From Mytilus californianus (lineage: Eukaryota): a DNA stretch of 64,000 nucleotides. Each line of letters opens with the position of its first letter. The stretch's first letter is position 1. The stretch is taken from the NCBI RefSeq assembly GCF_021869535.1, contig NW_026262679.1, forward strand, positions 15,438,001 through 15,502,000, read 5' to 3'. This document shows, piece by piece, positions 1 through 10,020 of this stretch. The translations under genes were made by a program, and so were the position numbers. Under the pieces are notes generated by a model. It saw only the letters and a list, made by a program, of their open reading frames with translations, ran no database searches and was not told the origin of the DNA.

Positions 1-1626
1 AGTATATCTTGTTGAGTCACAGTTATTGTCTCCAATTCAGACATGTACATTTGTAATTCATCATATTGAAAAGAGCAACATTTTTTCCTCTCTGATCAAC
101 GTCTAAATATCATTGTTTAATTCACTAGACATGTACAATACTTTTTCTCTGTTACAGTTCTCTCCAGTATTAGTTTACCACACCAATAAAACAGTTTTGA
201 TATTATACTAAAGAAGAAATGTACAATATTCTGTTGACACAAATATGTGTCTTGCCTTTGTAACATGAAAACATCAAAATAAATGGACCATAACTGAAGG
301 GGCAAGGCTAAATAATCTTCCTGAAAATGAGAAGTCCCAATATCCCAATCGTAATAAAGCTTCCTAATTAAGAATTGACTTTATAGTTAATACCATCAGT
401 AGTTCGTTCCCCTTAAACTGACCGAATCAAAATCTATAAAAATTGTTGACAACCATGACTAATGACGTAACCATAAGAAACAGAACACGTCTCCACTTAA
501 TGACTTAGTTGAGGCAAACATAAAATAATGTGTAACAATCATCTAGTAATAACTGATATTGGGTGGTAAGTTATGAATAAGTTGCGACAAAGCAATCTTA
601 GTATTATCTTACCCATCGGCATGGTCATCAGTGGCACATTTTTCAATGATCAAAGCCCATAAATAAAAGTCAAATAAAAAATCTATTTTTACTTAAACTG
701 GGCAATTTTTATAAAAATTGTCATTAAACAATGATTGACAATAAGAAATTTCATCTTTTCCCCACAAGGTACTTCTTAAATCATTGTAAATGTAACAGAA
801 TAAGTGTAAAAAAGATAGAATTTCTTACATCATTAGAGGAAGATAACCCATCTACAGTTTTGCACAACTTTTAACTACCATCATTTGAGCTGTGTCGGAT
901 AGAAAGTGCACATATACATGTATAAGACTTTGGTTGATTTTAGAACATTTAAATACGAAATAAAAGAGGAATTTTGGTCTGTTTTGTAGGGTTTTTATAA
1001 CAACTCAATTTTCAAACAGTTACAGACTTTCTGTAGAGATTTTTAAACCCGAAATAGGTGAACAGATGTCAATGGATGTATTGATATTCATTTGCATAAG
1101 GTTGATTTCTATCTGACGTAGCTCATTTCTTATTTGGGTAAAAAATCCTCAAATATACCAGGCTTAATAGTTATAATTTTGTACGCCAGACTTGAATTTT
1201 GTCTACAAAAGACTCATTAGAGACTCTTGATTCAAAAATTTAAAAAGGCCAAATAAAACACATACAAATGTATCAAAATTTCATACACCATGTATTCAAA
1301 AGAATAAAGTATTGAAATATTTCATTCATCAATGATTCTAGATACCATGGTAGATGTACATGTAGTAAGACTTATGATTGATCAATAAACCAATAAGTTA
1401 AAATGCATGCACTCATCCTCTTTGAATCATGATCATTGTTTACATTGTAAGAGTGATAAACTATTGTTTACATTTTAACTTGTAAGAGCGATAAACAATT
1501 GTTTATAAGTTGAGCAATAAACTATTGTTTACAAGTTGTAAAATTTCAGCATGAATTACTTAAACATCACTGCAAACATGATACATACATTTATAAACAA
1601 GCTCATTATATAATTAAATTGCTTAC

Positions 1627-3944
1627 CTGCTGAGCAGTGTATGGATATAAAGAACGAAAAACTTTGACCTGACCTGAAAATAAACAAATATGATGTAATA
1701 CATTGTAATATGAAAAGTAAGACATGTTTTAATAACTATAAAGGTGTAAATTCTATAAGAGATTTTGGCTATTATGTATGCAACTACCTTAAGCACTTCC
1801 CCAGGCTGTGTCACTGGACTATTAGACCAACTCCAGTGGGATACCCTACAGCAAAGGCAAATGAACCAGCGACTCTTCTTAAGCTATAAGATCCAGAGCC
1901 AACTAGTGGAGATCCAACCAGCTATCTACTATACACCTGGGGACAGCAGAACAAGGGTGCCATAGAATAAGACATATCAGAGCCACAAAGGAAGTCTACA
2001 GCAACTCCTTTTTCCTGTGCTGTATAAGAGACTGGAACCCACCGCCAGACACAGTAGCAGCTGCACCAACACTTGAAGAGTTCAGGGACTGATTAGCCAG
2101 TGTGACCTGGGCCCAGATGAAGCCTCACTAGACACCAACTTGTCAATTTGTAGTGTAAATAGTTTTAATTATTTGGTTATTATTTACTTATATTCAATGG
2201 AGAAGGCTCCTGTTTTACCAAGCGGAGTTATTAAATCACTCAAGTACAAAAAAAATGTATGAGGTCAACTCCTTACCGGAAGAAAAAGATGCAAGCTTGA
2301 TAATATTTGATATATTAGAAAATTTTGACTGTTCTGTTTTCATGGTTTTAACCCTTTTGGTTTTGATACCAAACATGATAGTATTTGACTTTCCAAACTT
2401 CTGGACTGAAATATATCTGTGTCACATGCACTGACATGTCTCTGTAAACAATTTAGATGTTGTTTTTTTTTACAAACAAAATTTATCAACCTCAACTTAC
2501 TCTTACTTGTCTTACTAAATCAAGCATCAACAGTGACCAATGTCTTTTTTAAAACTTGTTAATATTATGCACTGTGCAGGTTTTTTATTGTGCGTTTTAG
2601 AATCTGGTCAAAACTTTTACTAAATTTCATCACAGTTGGTTGGAATCCGAGTTTATTCGCCCAAAAACATGTTCGCCCCCTTTCACTTTCGCACCCAAAG
2701 TCAGTTTGCACCCTACACGTTCGCACTCTTTTTATTGGTTTTGTGTTTAATTATTTTGTAATCAAGTTTTGGTAAGTGTATTGCTGTAAATATTTTTTTT
2801 TTTTATTGTTTCAAAATAAAGTGAGATTCTGACAACATTTTTTTGTGTTGAATAAATCTTAATCATGTTTTGGTTAGTGTATTTCTATAAAAAAAAAATT
2901 TCATTGTTTCTAAATAAAGTGAGATTCTGACAACGTTTGTTTTTTGTGTTGAATAAATCTTAATCATCTTTTGGTTAGTGTATTGCTATAAATTTATGTT
3001 TTCATTGTTTCAAAATAAAGTGAGATTCTCACGGTTTTTTTTTGTGCTAATTTAATCTTAAACTATGTTTTGGTTAGTGTTGTGATATAATTTATTTTTT
3101 TCATTGTTTCAAAATAAAGTGAGATCAAAGGGGCCAAGCTGTTAAAATCAATTATCTTTCTTGTTTTTCTTTTAAAATCTTCAATGTTTTACTCATACCA
3201 AGCTAAATGCATGCAGTATTTACATCAAAGCAAGTTAAAACAACAATCATGATTTTCAAACACACAACAATAATACCAGATTTAGCTGTGTATAAATACC
3301 AATTAGCAGTAATCATACATTCGTACATAATTAACATTTAATAATTAATCATCAAATTGATGAAAAAAATAACCAAAAAACATTCATATAATAATTCCCC
3401 AATTTTTATTCGGGAAGATATATATTTTTTGGTATATACATATAAAAAAATATCTAATAATTCAACTTGAATTTGAATAAAAATTGGGTGCGAACAGACC
3501 TAGGGGGCAAACGTGTGGGGTGTGAACGTGTAGGGTGCGAAAGTGTATTGGGCACGAACGGACCTGATACCAGTTGGTTGCAACTATTTAACCCCCCGAC
3601 TTTTGTGATTCTGAGTCTGGAGCAATTTTCTGATTCGACCCTCACAGAAAAGCACTCTGGACATAGAATTATGAAAGTTATTTAGGACTACTCTGATCAG
3701 TCATTTGTCAGAAGAACCAAAAGTTCAGTAGTTGTTTTTTTCGGACACCTGAAAGTCTCTGCCTTTGGAATCGTAAGAGCTATAAAATTCAGAAAACCCC
3801 CTCAACATTAGATCAGTTAAATTTAGCAAATTAACTAGGCTGATCAAGTATTTTAATTGAAAATTTTGGCTTTCGGTTGAAGACAGTATCTGTACCGGGT
3901 TTTGGGACGGGTGGTGGAGGTCTTCCTGGTCGTGGTTTCGACAT
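1627..3944 (-). CDS. OSTF1: Osteoclast-stimulating factor 1 (SH3-ankyrin adaptor), first two coding exons; gene continues left of the window
   Basis: Exon 1 CDS 3944-3896 (MSKPRPGRPPPPVPKP, G|gtacag) and exon 2 1673-1627 (ttttcag|GQVKVFRSLYPYTAQQ|gtaagc) join in phase 1. They match the vertebrate OSTF1 N-terminus [21 protein letters not shown] as I recall it. The next expected exon (PDEL..EEGD) was not found in 1-1626. Confidence 0.88.
1765..2170 (+). mobile_element. 3' fragment of a non-LTR retrotransposon (CR1/L2-like LINE), in an OSTF1 intron
   Basis: Translates (with a frameshift) as SPGCVTGLLDQLQWDTLQQR..YKIQSQLV..YSNSFF..IRDWN..PDTVAAAPTLEEF, the typical C-terminal region after a LINE RT. 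Confidence 0.75.
2642..3571. mobile_element. Non-autonomous TIR DNA transposon (MITE-like) with an 8-bp TSD and an internal ~99-bp tandem repeat
   Basis: Termini GGAATC...GATACC; identical flanks agttggtt at 2634-2641 and 3572-3579; degenerate inverted subterminal arms with ttcgc(a/c)cc motifs; ~3.6 internal units at 2767-3125 (gtgagat at 2821, 2919, 3020, 3119). Confidence 0.75.
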
Positions 3945-3989
3945 TCCTGTGAAGTTTCTATCTGCTCTAGTCCTCCTAAGGAAACAACA

Positions 3990-4003
3990 CGGAAGTCGGA
4001 AGT
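3990..4003. promoter_or_regulatory. Tandem ETS/GABP-type motifs (CGGAAGT x2) just upstream of the OSTF1 start
   Basis: cggaagtcggaagt lies about 45 bp upstream of the ATG at 3944; tandem CGGAAGT is typical of housekeeping-gene start regions. Confidence 0.55.
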
Positions 4004-5194
4004 TTACAATAAAATCGTCCCGGTCATGCGCTTTAGAAGCCACGCCTATTCAAATAGAAACTCCGAAACTGAAAGTACAAATTGAACCTTTTATGAGGGT
4101 CTGGATTGGGGGATTTAATTATGTATTCTTTTATTATCTATGCCGTTTTTCTCTATTCGTAATTTGTCTGGTTTTTAGATCTATTTTTTTTTAAATTTTA
4201 CCAAGTTTCTTTTCTTAATAGGCCCCGTCCCGACCATAATGAGGTCCGAAGACACAATTATCGTCCTTAGGTTTTCCTGGGAACAGTATATCTAACATAT
4301 ATATGTTCCTGGGTTTTCGTTGTCTAGTGTGGACAGTGTATAACTTTCAAATTTTTTTTCATACACTTTCCAAATTTATTTCTTTATATTTTATGCATGA
4401 AATATTAAGTAAGGGGATGAAATTACATGTTAAAACAATTTGGGTGCCGAATCTTTATGTTAAGTAGTGATTTGGTCCAGTTAAAAAAAGGTCAAAAACT
4501 AGTATGTCTGAAGCTGTCAGACTGAATTTTAGACCCCCTTAACATAGAATTGTCAATATTTTGAGTTAGAGCTGGTAGACTTTTCTATAATTTTGATATT
4601 ATTTGTCCCCGAATAGTAGTACACCACACTGTAAAAATCTTTTTGAGAAAGAGCAGGTTCGATTTTTTTAATTGACTTTATTGTCTAAAAGAAATGCACT
4701 AAGAAATAACTGCATGTGTTCTCGGACCATGATAGAAATTTATCTGATATATGTGTATAAAACAAATTTGAAACAATCTATAGTTAATGGAATAGTCGGC
4801 TTTTATAATGACTAATGTCTATCGTCTTTGCATAAGTGAAAACTGAACTTTGTGACTGAGAATCTATATATATAGTAACATTAACTCAATACTCTTTCTA
4901 GTTTTTCCAGAGACATACATGTAAAATACAGTTTACAATGTCTAATTGTATTATATGCCTCTGGTTTGTCATAATGACATTGCTATTCAGGAATGAACAA
5001 ATTTACAGACTATAATTTACTATATATAAATTATATCAAGTGTTCTCCACTCACTCGTGGATCGTTTATTATTTTCTAAAATAAGTCAAAGTACTAATAT
5101 TTGCAAAAAAGTCCAGGGCGACAGCTAAAGTCCAATTTGCATCATTCCAAAAAAAGTCAGGTGGGTTTCGTAAAAATGGTGGAAACAATATAGT

Positions 5195-6550
5195 TTCTGT
5201 ATCTGTATCTATATCTATATGAATACGTTGTGGATGCCAATACTGGCTTTAATCCAACGGTAGAGAGAGCGCTGAGTCGATTTATTGACTGTGCGGTAGA
5301 GCAGTCTTGAAGCTCTCAACGCTTGGTGCGCGCACTACAGTGTCTTCAAGGTGGTTCCACTCGATCATGTCTTCAAGGTGGTTCCACTCGATCATGTCTT
5401 CAAGGGCGTTCCACTCGATCACTGTTTTTACGAAAAATGAGTTAGAATATTGTGGTGATTTGCTCGTTGGAATCTCAAAACACTTTGTGTTGTTCATGAC
5501 TTGTTTTTATACGTCCGTCAAAATTTTGACGGGACGTATTATGGTATACAAATGTCCGGCGTCCGACTGTCTGTCTGTCCGTCTGTCCGTCTGTCCGTCT
5601 GTCCGTCCGTCCGTATGTCCGTCTGTCCGGCGTCCACATGTCGCACCGTAACTTGAGAATGACTTATCCAATTACATGAAACTTCAAATAGTTGTTTCTT
5701 ATGATGGTCAAACGATCTGTATACTTTTTGGTGAAAATAAGATTAAAACTTTTTGAGTTACGGGACTTTGTAACTAAAACAGGGGGGTGTTTTTTCACAT
5801 GTCGCGCCGTATCTCAAAAACAATTTATGATTATTGCTTAAAACTTTACACACTTTTTAGTTATATTAATCTAAAGATCTGTATACTTTTTGGTGATGAT
5901 TCAAAATTTTATTTAAGAGTTATTGATTTTTTTATAAAAAAGGGGGGGTTTTCACATGTCGCGCCGTATCTCAGAAACGATTTATGATTATTGCATAAAA
6001 CCTCACACACAAGACGACGGGCGTATCATGCGCTCCTGGCGCAGCTGTTTATTCCACAATATTTTTTGTCTTGTAATTGTCAAATTTCTTGGCAGTTATT
6101 GTTCTTTTTGGACGTGCTTTTTTTTTTAAATATTCGTCTGGTTCTATATAGCAGGAACCAGCCCCTCAACCACCTTGTACAGAAATATTAGCATCTGGCT
6201 TGAGCGTCTTGTCTGTAGATCTTGTAGTTCCAGTTTTGCGATCATATTTGAGACGCAACCATCTTCTCTGGATTTGTAGTCTCCCGTTATAAATCTCGCA
6301 GCTTGTCGCTGTATTCTTTCAAGCTTGTTGATGTTCGTAGATGTGTAGGGGTCTCATACTATTGCTCCATACTCCATTGTTGACCTGACCAGTGAAATAT
6401 ATGCTTTTTTCTTGCATTTTGGTGGGCTGTATCTCAAATTCCTTCTCAGCCTAGTGTTGAGATTGCCGTTTTTGCTACGTTGGAAATATGCGTAGTCCAT
6501 TTTAGGTCCTCTGAAATTTACAGGCCCAAGTATGGGTTATGTTGGACTTG
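5195..6550 (-). mobile_element. Degraded 3' part of a CR1/L2-like LINE, split by a nested insertion
   Basis: Minus strand reads PYLGL*ISEDLKWTTHI..AYISLVRSTMEYGAIV*DPY..KLERIQRQAARF (6530-6150), then resumes after the insertion with YSNSFFVKTVIEWNALED..SVESFKTAL (5497-5282). It ends in an (AGATAC/AGATAT)n tail near 5195-5220. Confidence 0.8.
5504..6050 (+). mobile_element. Non-autonomous Helentron-associated (HINE/DINE-like) element nested in the LINE
   Basis: Starts ttttatacg; palindrome ccgtcaaaattttgacgg at 5515-5532; (GTCT/GTCC)n microsatellite 5563-5628; two ~160-bp internal repeats; ends gacgggcgtatcatgcgctcctggcgcagctgttt. Family assignment is by architecture only. Confidence 0.65.
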
Positions 6551-6949
6551 TTGTAGAATATGTCCGTTTAAAATTTAGAATTGTTGGCTTTTGTTTTTTA
6601 TGCTTAGAATTTAACATAGTTAAATATGTTTAAGCAAGGATTTGTATAGTGACACTATGCAAATCCTTGGTTTAAGTCCCAGAAAAATGTCATTCTGTTA
6701 ATAGAAGTTCCATTTTAATATTAGTTCAAATGGAAGAAGTATTGTGGAACATTATTTGCAGTTGAAAAATTTACAGTATTTGTTCCTTACGGAATAAAGG
6801 ATTAAAAAAAATGTGTTCCAACAAGAACAGATAATGCATTCTTGTTTAGAATTAAAAAACATTCCAGAGAAATTGCTGTTGGGAGGAAAAAATATACGTT
6901 TGACTATGGCCCTGTGTACTATATCATATATATGTTTTCAATTTAGACT

Positions 6950-6951
<2 letters not shown>

Positions 6952-7033
<82 letters not shown>
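6952..7033. repeat. (TA)n microsatellite, about 40 units
   Basis: Read directly; preceded by a 20-bp 3'-end stub of the hammerhead repeat family (6933-6952). Confidence 0.97.
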
Positions 7034-7036
<3 letters not shown>

Positions 7037-7410
7037 GCCTAAAAAGTGTACAAAACAACACCAAAAACAAAAAAAAGGAAACATTAAATGTAATTATCTA
7101 TAAATATTTCGGATAACAGATATCCTTCATCAGTATGATTATGATGTAAAATGAATCATATCAATCTATTCTGATTAAACTATAACAATCTTGAAATTTA
7201 TACAATAAAATTTAACAGTTACAAGTGTCTCTATGTTGTTCGGTTTTATAGAATTGTACAAGTATCTCTATGTTGTTCGGTTTTAACTGTTTTATTGTAT
7301 AAATTTCAAGATTGTTATAGTAATATATCAATTTAATATCAAAGTGAAACAGAAAACAATAAACTTGCGGAAAAGATGGTATACCGCAAACAAAAGGTGC
7401 AAAAATTAGT

Positions 7411-7454
7411 ACACCATATCCGGATTTCGACAATTAATGTCTCTTCAGTGATGT
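7411..7454 (-). ncRNA. Minimal type I hammerhead ribozyme motif
   Basis: Minus strand: ACAUCA CUGAAGA GAC AUUAAUU GUC GAAA U CCGG A UA^UGGUGU; intact core, 6-bp stem I, palindromic stem III. Confidence 0.85.
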
Positions 7455-7805
7455 TAGGAATCGAAACCGTATTTGGAAGGCCATATAATTTACCTCAATT
7501 TAGGATAGACCCTTGAATTTTGAAGAGTCGAAATAGGATGAACGGATCATATAAACCCGAAAGCAAATATAATATACAAGCCCAAACGAAAAAATATAAA
7601 CAAGTCTAAATTGAAAACAACTAATTTTTGCGACTTTTGTTTGCGGTATACCATCATTTCCGCAAGTTTATTGTTTTCTGTTTGATATTAAATTAATATT
7701 TAAGATCCATTTTGTTACATCTGGTGATCATTTTATTTGGAAATCGCCAATGGCAGTCAGCAGGGTTTAAGAACATCCGTTGTTCGACCTGCTAGTCAAA
7801 TGCGT

Positions 7806-8470
7806 TTTTCACAAGGTCATGTTTTCTCTGACTTTTTATGACGTCTTAACACTAAATCCATTGGATGTTGGATGTGTACGGATTGATAGTTTAGTCTTAG
7901 ATGCATGATTTTTTTTATTAGTTGTCAGTGGCTTTGAACTAGCTGTCAGTAACTGCGAGTACTCTCAGATCTGTACTTAGTGTCTTTTTGTTGTTTGGAT
8001 GGACAAGTACCCGGCCACGTCCACTTGTATTTGTAGTATTTGTATTTTTATCCATCTGATGAGTTAAGCCTCTGTCTAATGATTTTTATAGTTCGTTCTT
8101 ATGTTGTACTGTTACACCACTGTCCCAGGTTAGGGGGAGGGTTGGGATCCCGCTAACATGTTTAACCCCGCCACATTCTGTATGTATGTGCCTGTCCCAA
8201 GTCAGGAGCCTGTAATTCAGTGGTTGTCGTTTGTTTATGTGTTACATATTTGTTTTTCGTTCATTTTCTATACCTAAATTAGGCCGTTAGTTTTCTCGTT
8301 TGAATTGTTTTACATTGTCATTTCTGGGCCTTTTATAGCTGACTGTGCGGTATGGGCTTTGCTCATTGTTGAAGGCCGTACGGTGACCTATAGTTGTTAA
8401 TTTCTGTGTCATTTGGCCTCTTGTGGAGAGTTGTCTCTTTGGCAATCATACCACATCTTCTTTTTTATAT
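7806..8470 (+). mobile_element. Abundant non-autonomous interspersed repeat (probably Penelope-associated)
   Basis: Contains aactagctgtcagtaactgcgagtactctcagatc and ends ttggcaatcataccacatcttctttttt. Related copies at about 12850-13290, 23510-23580, 25150-25380, 27685-28080(-), 31130-31430(-), 34190-34630, 42990-43090(-), 55730-55960(-), 63880-64000(-). Confidence 0.75.
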
Positions 8471-9784
8471 TTGTCACTTTTTTGGTCTTCTGGAAAATGT
8501 TGTTTGTGCTGTATTTAGACCCCTTTACCAAGAAATTTGTTTTGCATGCACACGTATAAAAATTATGGTTTTTATCCAACGCAATCATAGGTTTGAACGT
8601 TGTTTTCAATTTAGACTTGTATATATATATATCAAGATACTGTAGTAAATGCATATAAATCTGTCATTGTATTTATGCGAATTGTTACAATTGTGTGCAT
8701 GTAATTATCAGTTTGTAAAATTTTGCTGTATTTATTCATAATCACATTTCCCATTGGCTTATAAGGTTTGGATCTATTAGATTGACAGAAATATGTAACG
8801 ACTGACATGTTAAGATTTAAAAAATAGAATTTTGCAAGAGCACATCTGGTCATACTGATCACCGGCTTTTGTCACTTGTTCCACTTGTCCGACCATCCTC
8901 CGTCTCGCTAAACTTATTTCTTTCCAATCTCTGGAACCTTAGACAGGATAATTTACACATTGACCAAAAAGGGGAAAACCAAAACCTGTCACGGGTGAAT
9001 TATTGCTTCGATTTGCATAAAATGGCCACTGTTACTTAACATGTCAAGAGTAGCTCCATTAAATTATCCAATATCAGTTCAAAACCCACTGTGGGTGCCG
9101 AATACGACAGTTTTGATAATTAATTCTTATATCACAGATGTACATTTATGTTTCTATATCAACAAAGTTTTAATTTAAGAAGCAATTAAATGGATATTAT
9201 GCAATATCGAATCATTTGCCAATGACTTCAGATATTAGCGATAACACCTCATGTCATTCAGTATTATAACAAAGAATATTTAAAAGACATGGACAATACC
9301 AGATCTCGAATCCAAGGAGTTTTGTTTTGCAACCAAGTAGTACCAGGAATTGTTTTAGAAGCTCGTAGATATTTTTTTTCCATTAAACACTTTCTCCAAG
9401 TCATATACACAAATTAAATTCTTTATCTGTATAACGGAACTTTAATTGGATTTAAATTATAAAGTATTTTTATTTTAAACAAACGTTTTGGTCTGTTTAA
9501 CACTAGATCTATCGTATGGTATTTAAATTGCTCTTTTAAACATTGACAATAGTAGAAATACATACCAAACGTAAATATGAATTATTTCTTATTGTTCGAT
9601 TTCATTGATATGAAGGTTTAAATGTGTTTTCTCAATAACGTTGATGACATAAAAGTGAATTCGTTCAGGTAGCTCTGTAATATTAACAAAATAATTAACA
9701 CTTTGGACTAAAAGGCGAATAAACGGAATGGTTACAGGTAAGATTTGGACTTTTTGATCATTTTTTTTTTCGTTTTGAAATACA

Positions 9785-9825
9785 AGTAGTTATAAACTGC
9801 CTGTTACAGGCAGTTTATAACTACT
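9785..9825. repeat. Perfect 41-bp palindrome (20-bp arms, 1-nt spacer)
   Basis: agtagttataaactgcctgt-t-acaggcagtttataactact; all 20 pairs checked by hand. Confidence 0.97.
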
Positions 9826-9926
9826 AATACAGAAATTAAGTTAGACTAGACATAACAATACTGTTCATATATTATAGTTTTCTCATTTATCGTTTAGGTT
9901 TTGAGACATGTTTAGATTTCTGTGTA

Positions 9927-10020
9927 GTGTTTTGCGGACTGTTATTTGCCTGTTCGTGTTTTGCTGACTGTTACTTGCCTGTTCGTGTTTTGCGGACTGT
10001 TATTTGCCTGTTCGTGTTTT
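9927..10020. repeat. 29-bp tandem repeat, about 3 copies
   Basis: Unit gtgttttgcggactgttatttgcctgttc. Confidence 0.9.

Larger units (their letters stand above)
7322..8632. mobile_element. Inverted (head-to-head) copy of the 540-nt hammerhead repeat family, with the plus arm interrupted by another repeat
   Basis: 7322-7620 is a minus-strand partial unit. 7621-7805 and 8474-8620 are consecutive plus-strand parts of the unit, separated by the 7806-8470 insertion. The plus arm ends tttagacttgt followed by (TA)6. Confidence 0.8.

Noticed and set aside
828-888. Exon-like segment resembling OSTF1 SH3 exon (..GLSSSNDV versus GLIPSNYV)
   Set aside because: In-frame stop, no WW motif, wrong length and phase, and the preceding PDEL exon is absent between 890 and 1626; probably chance.
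6813-7034. 73-aa ORF with YI repeats
   Set aside because: Translation of the (TA)n microsatellite.
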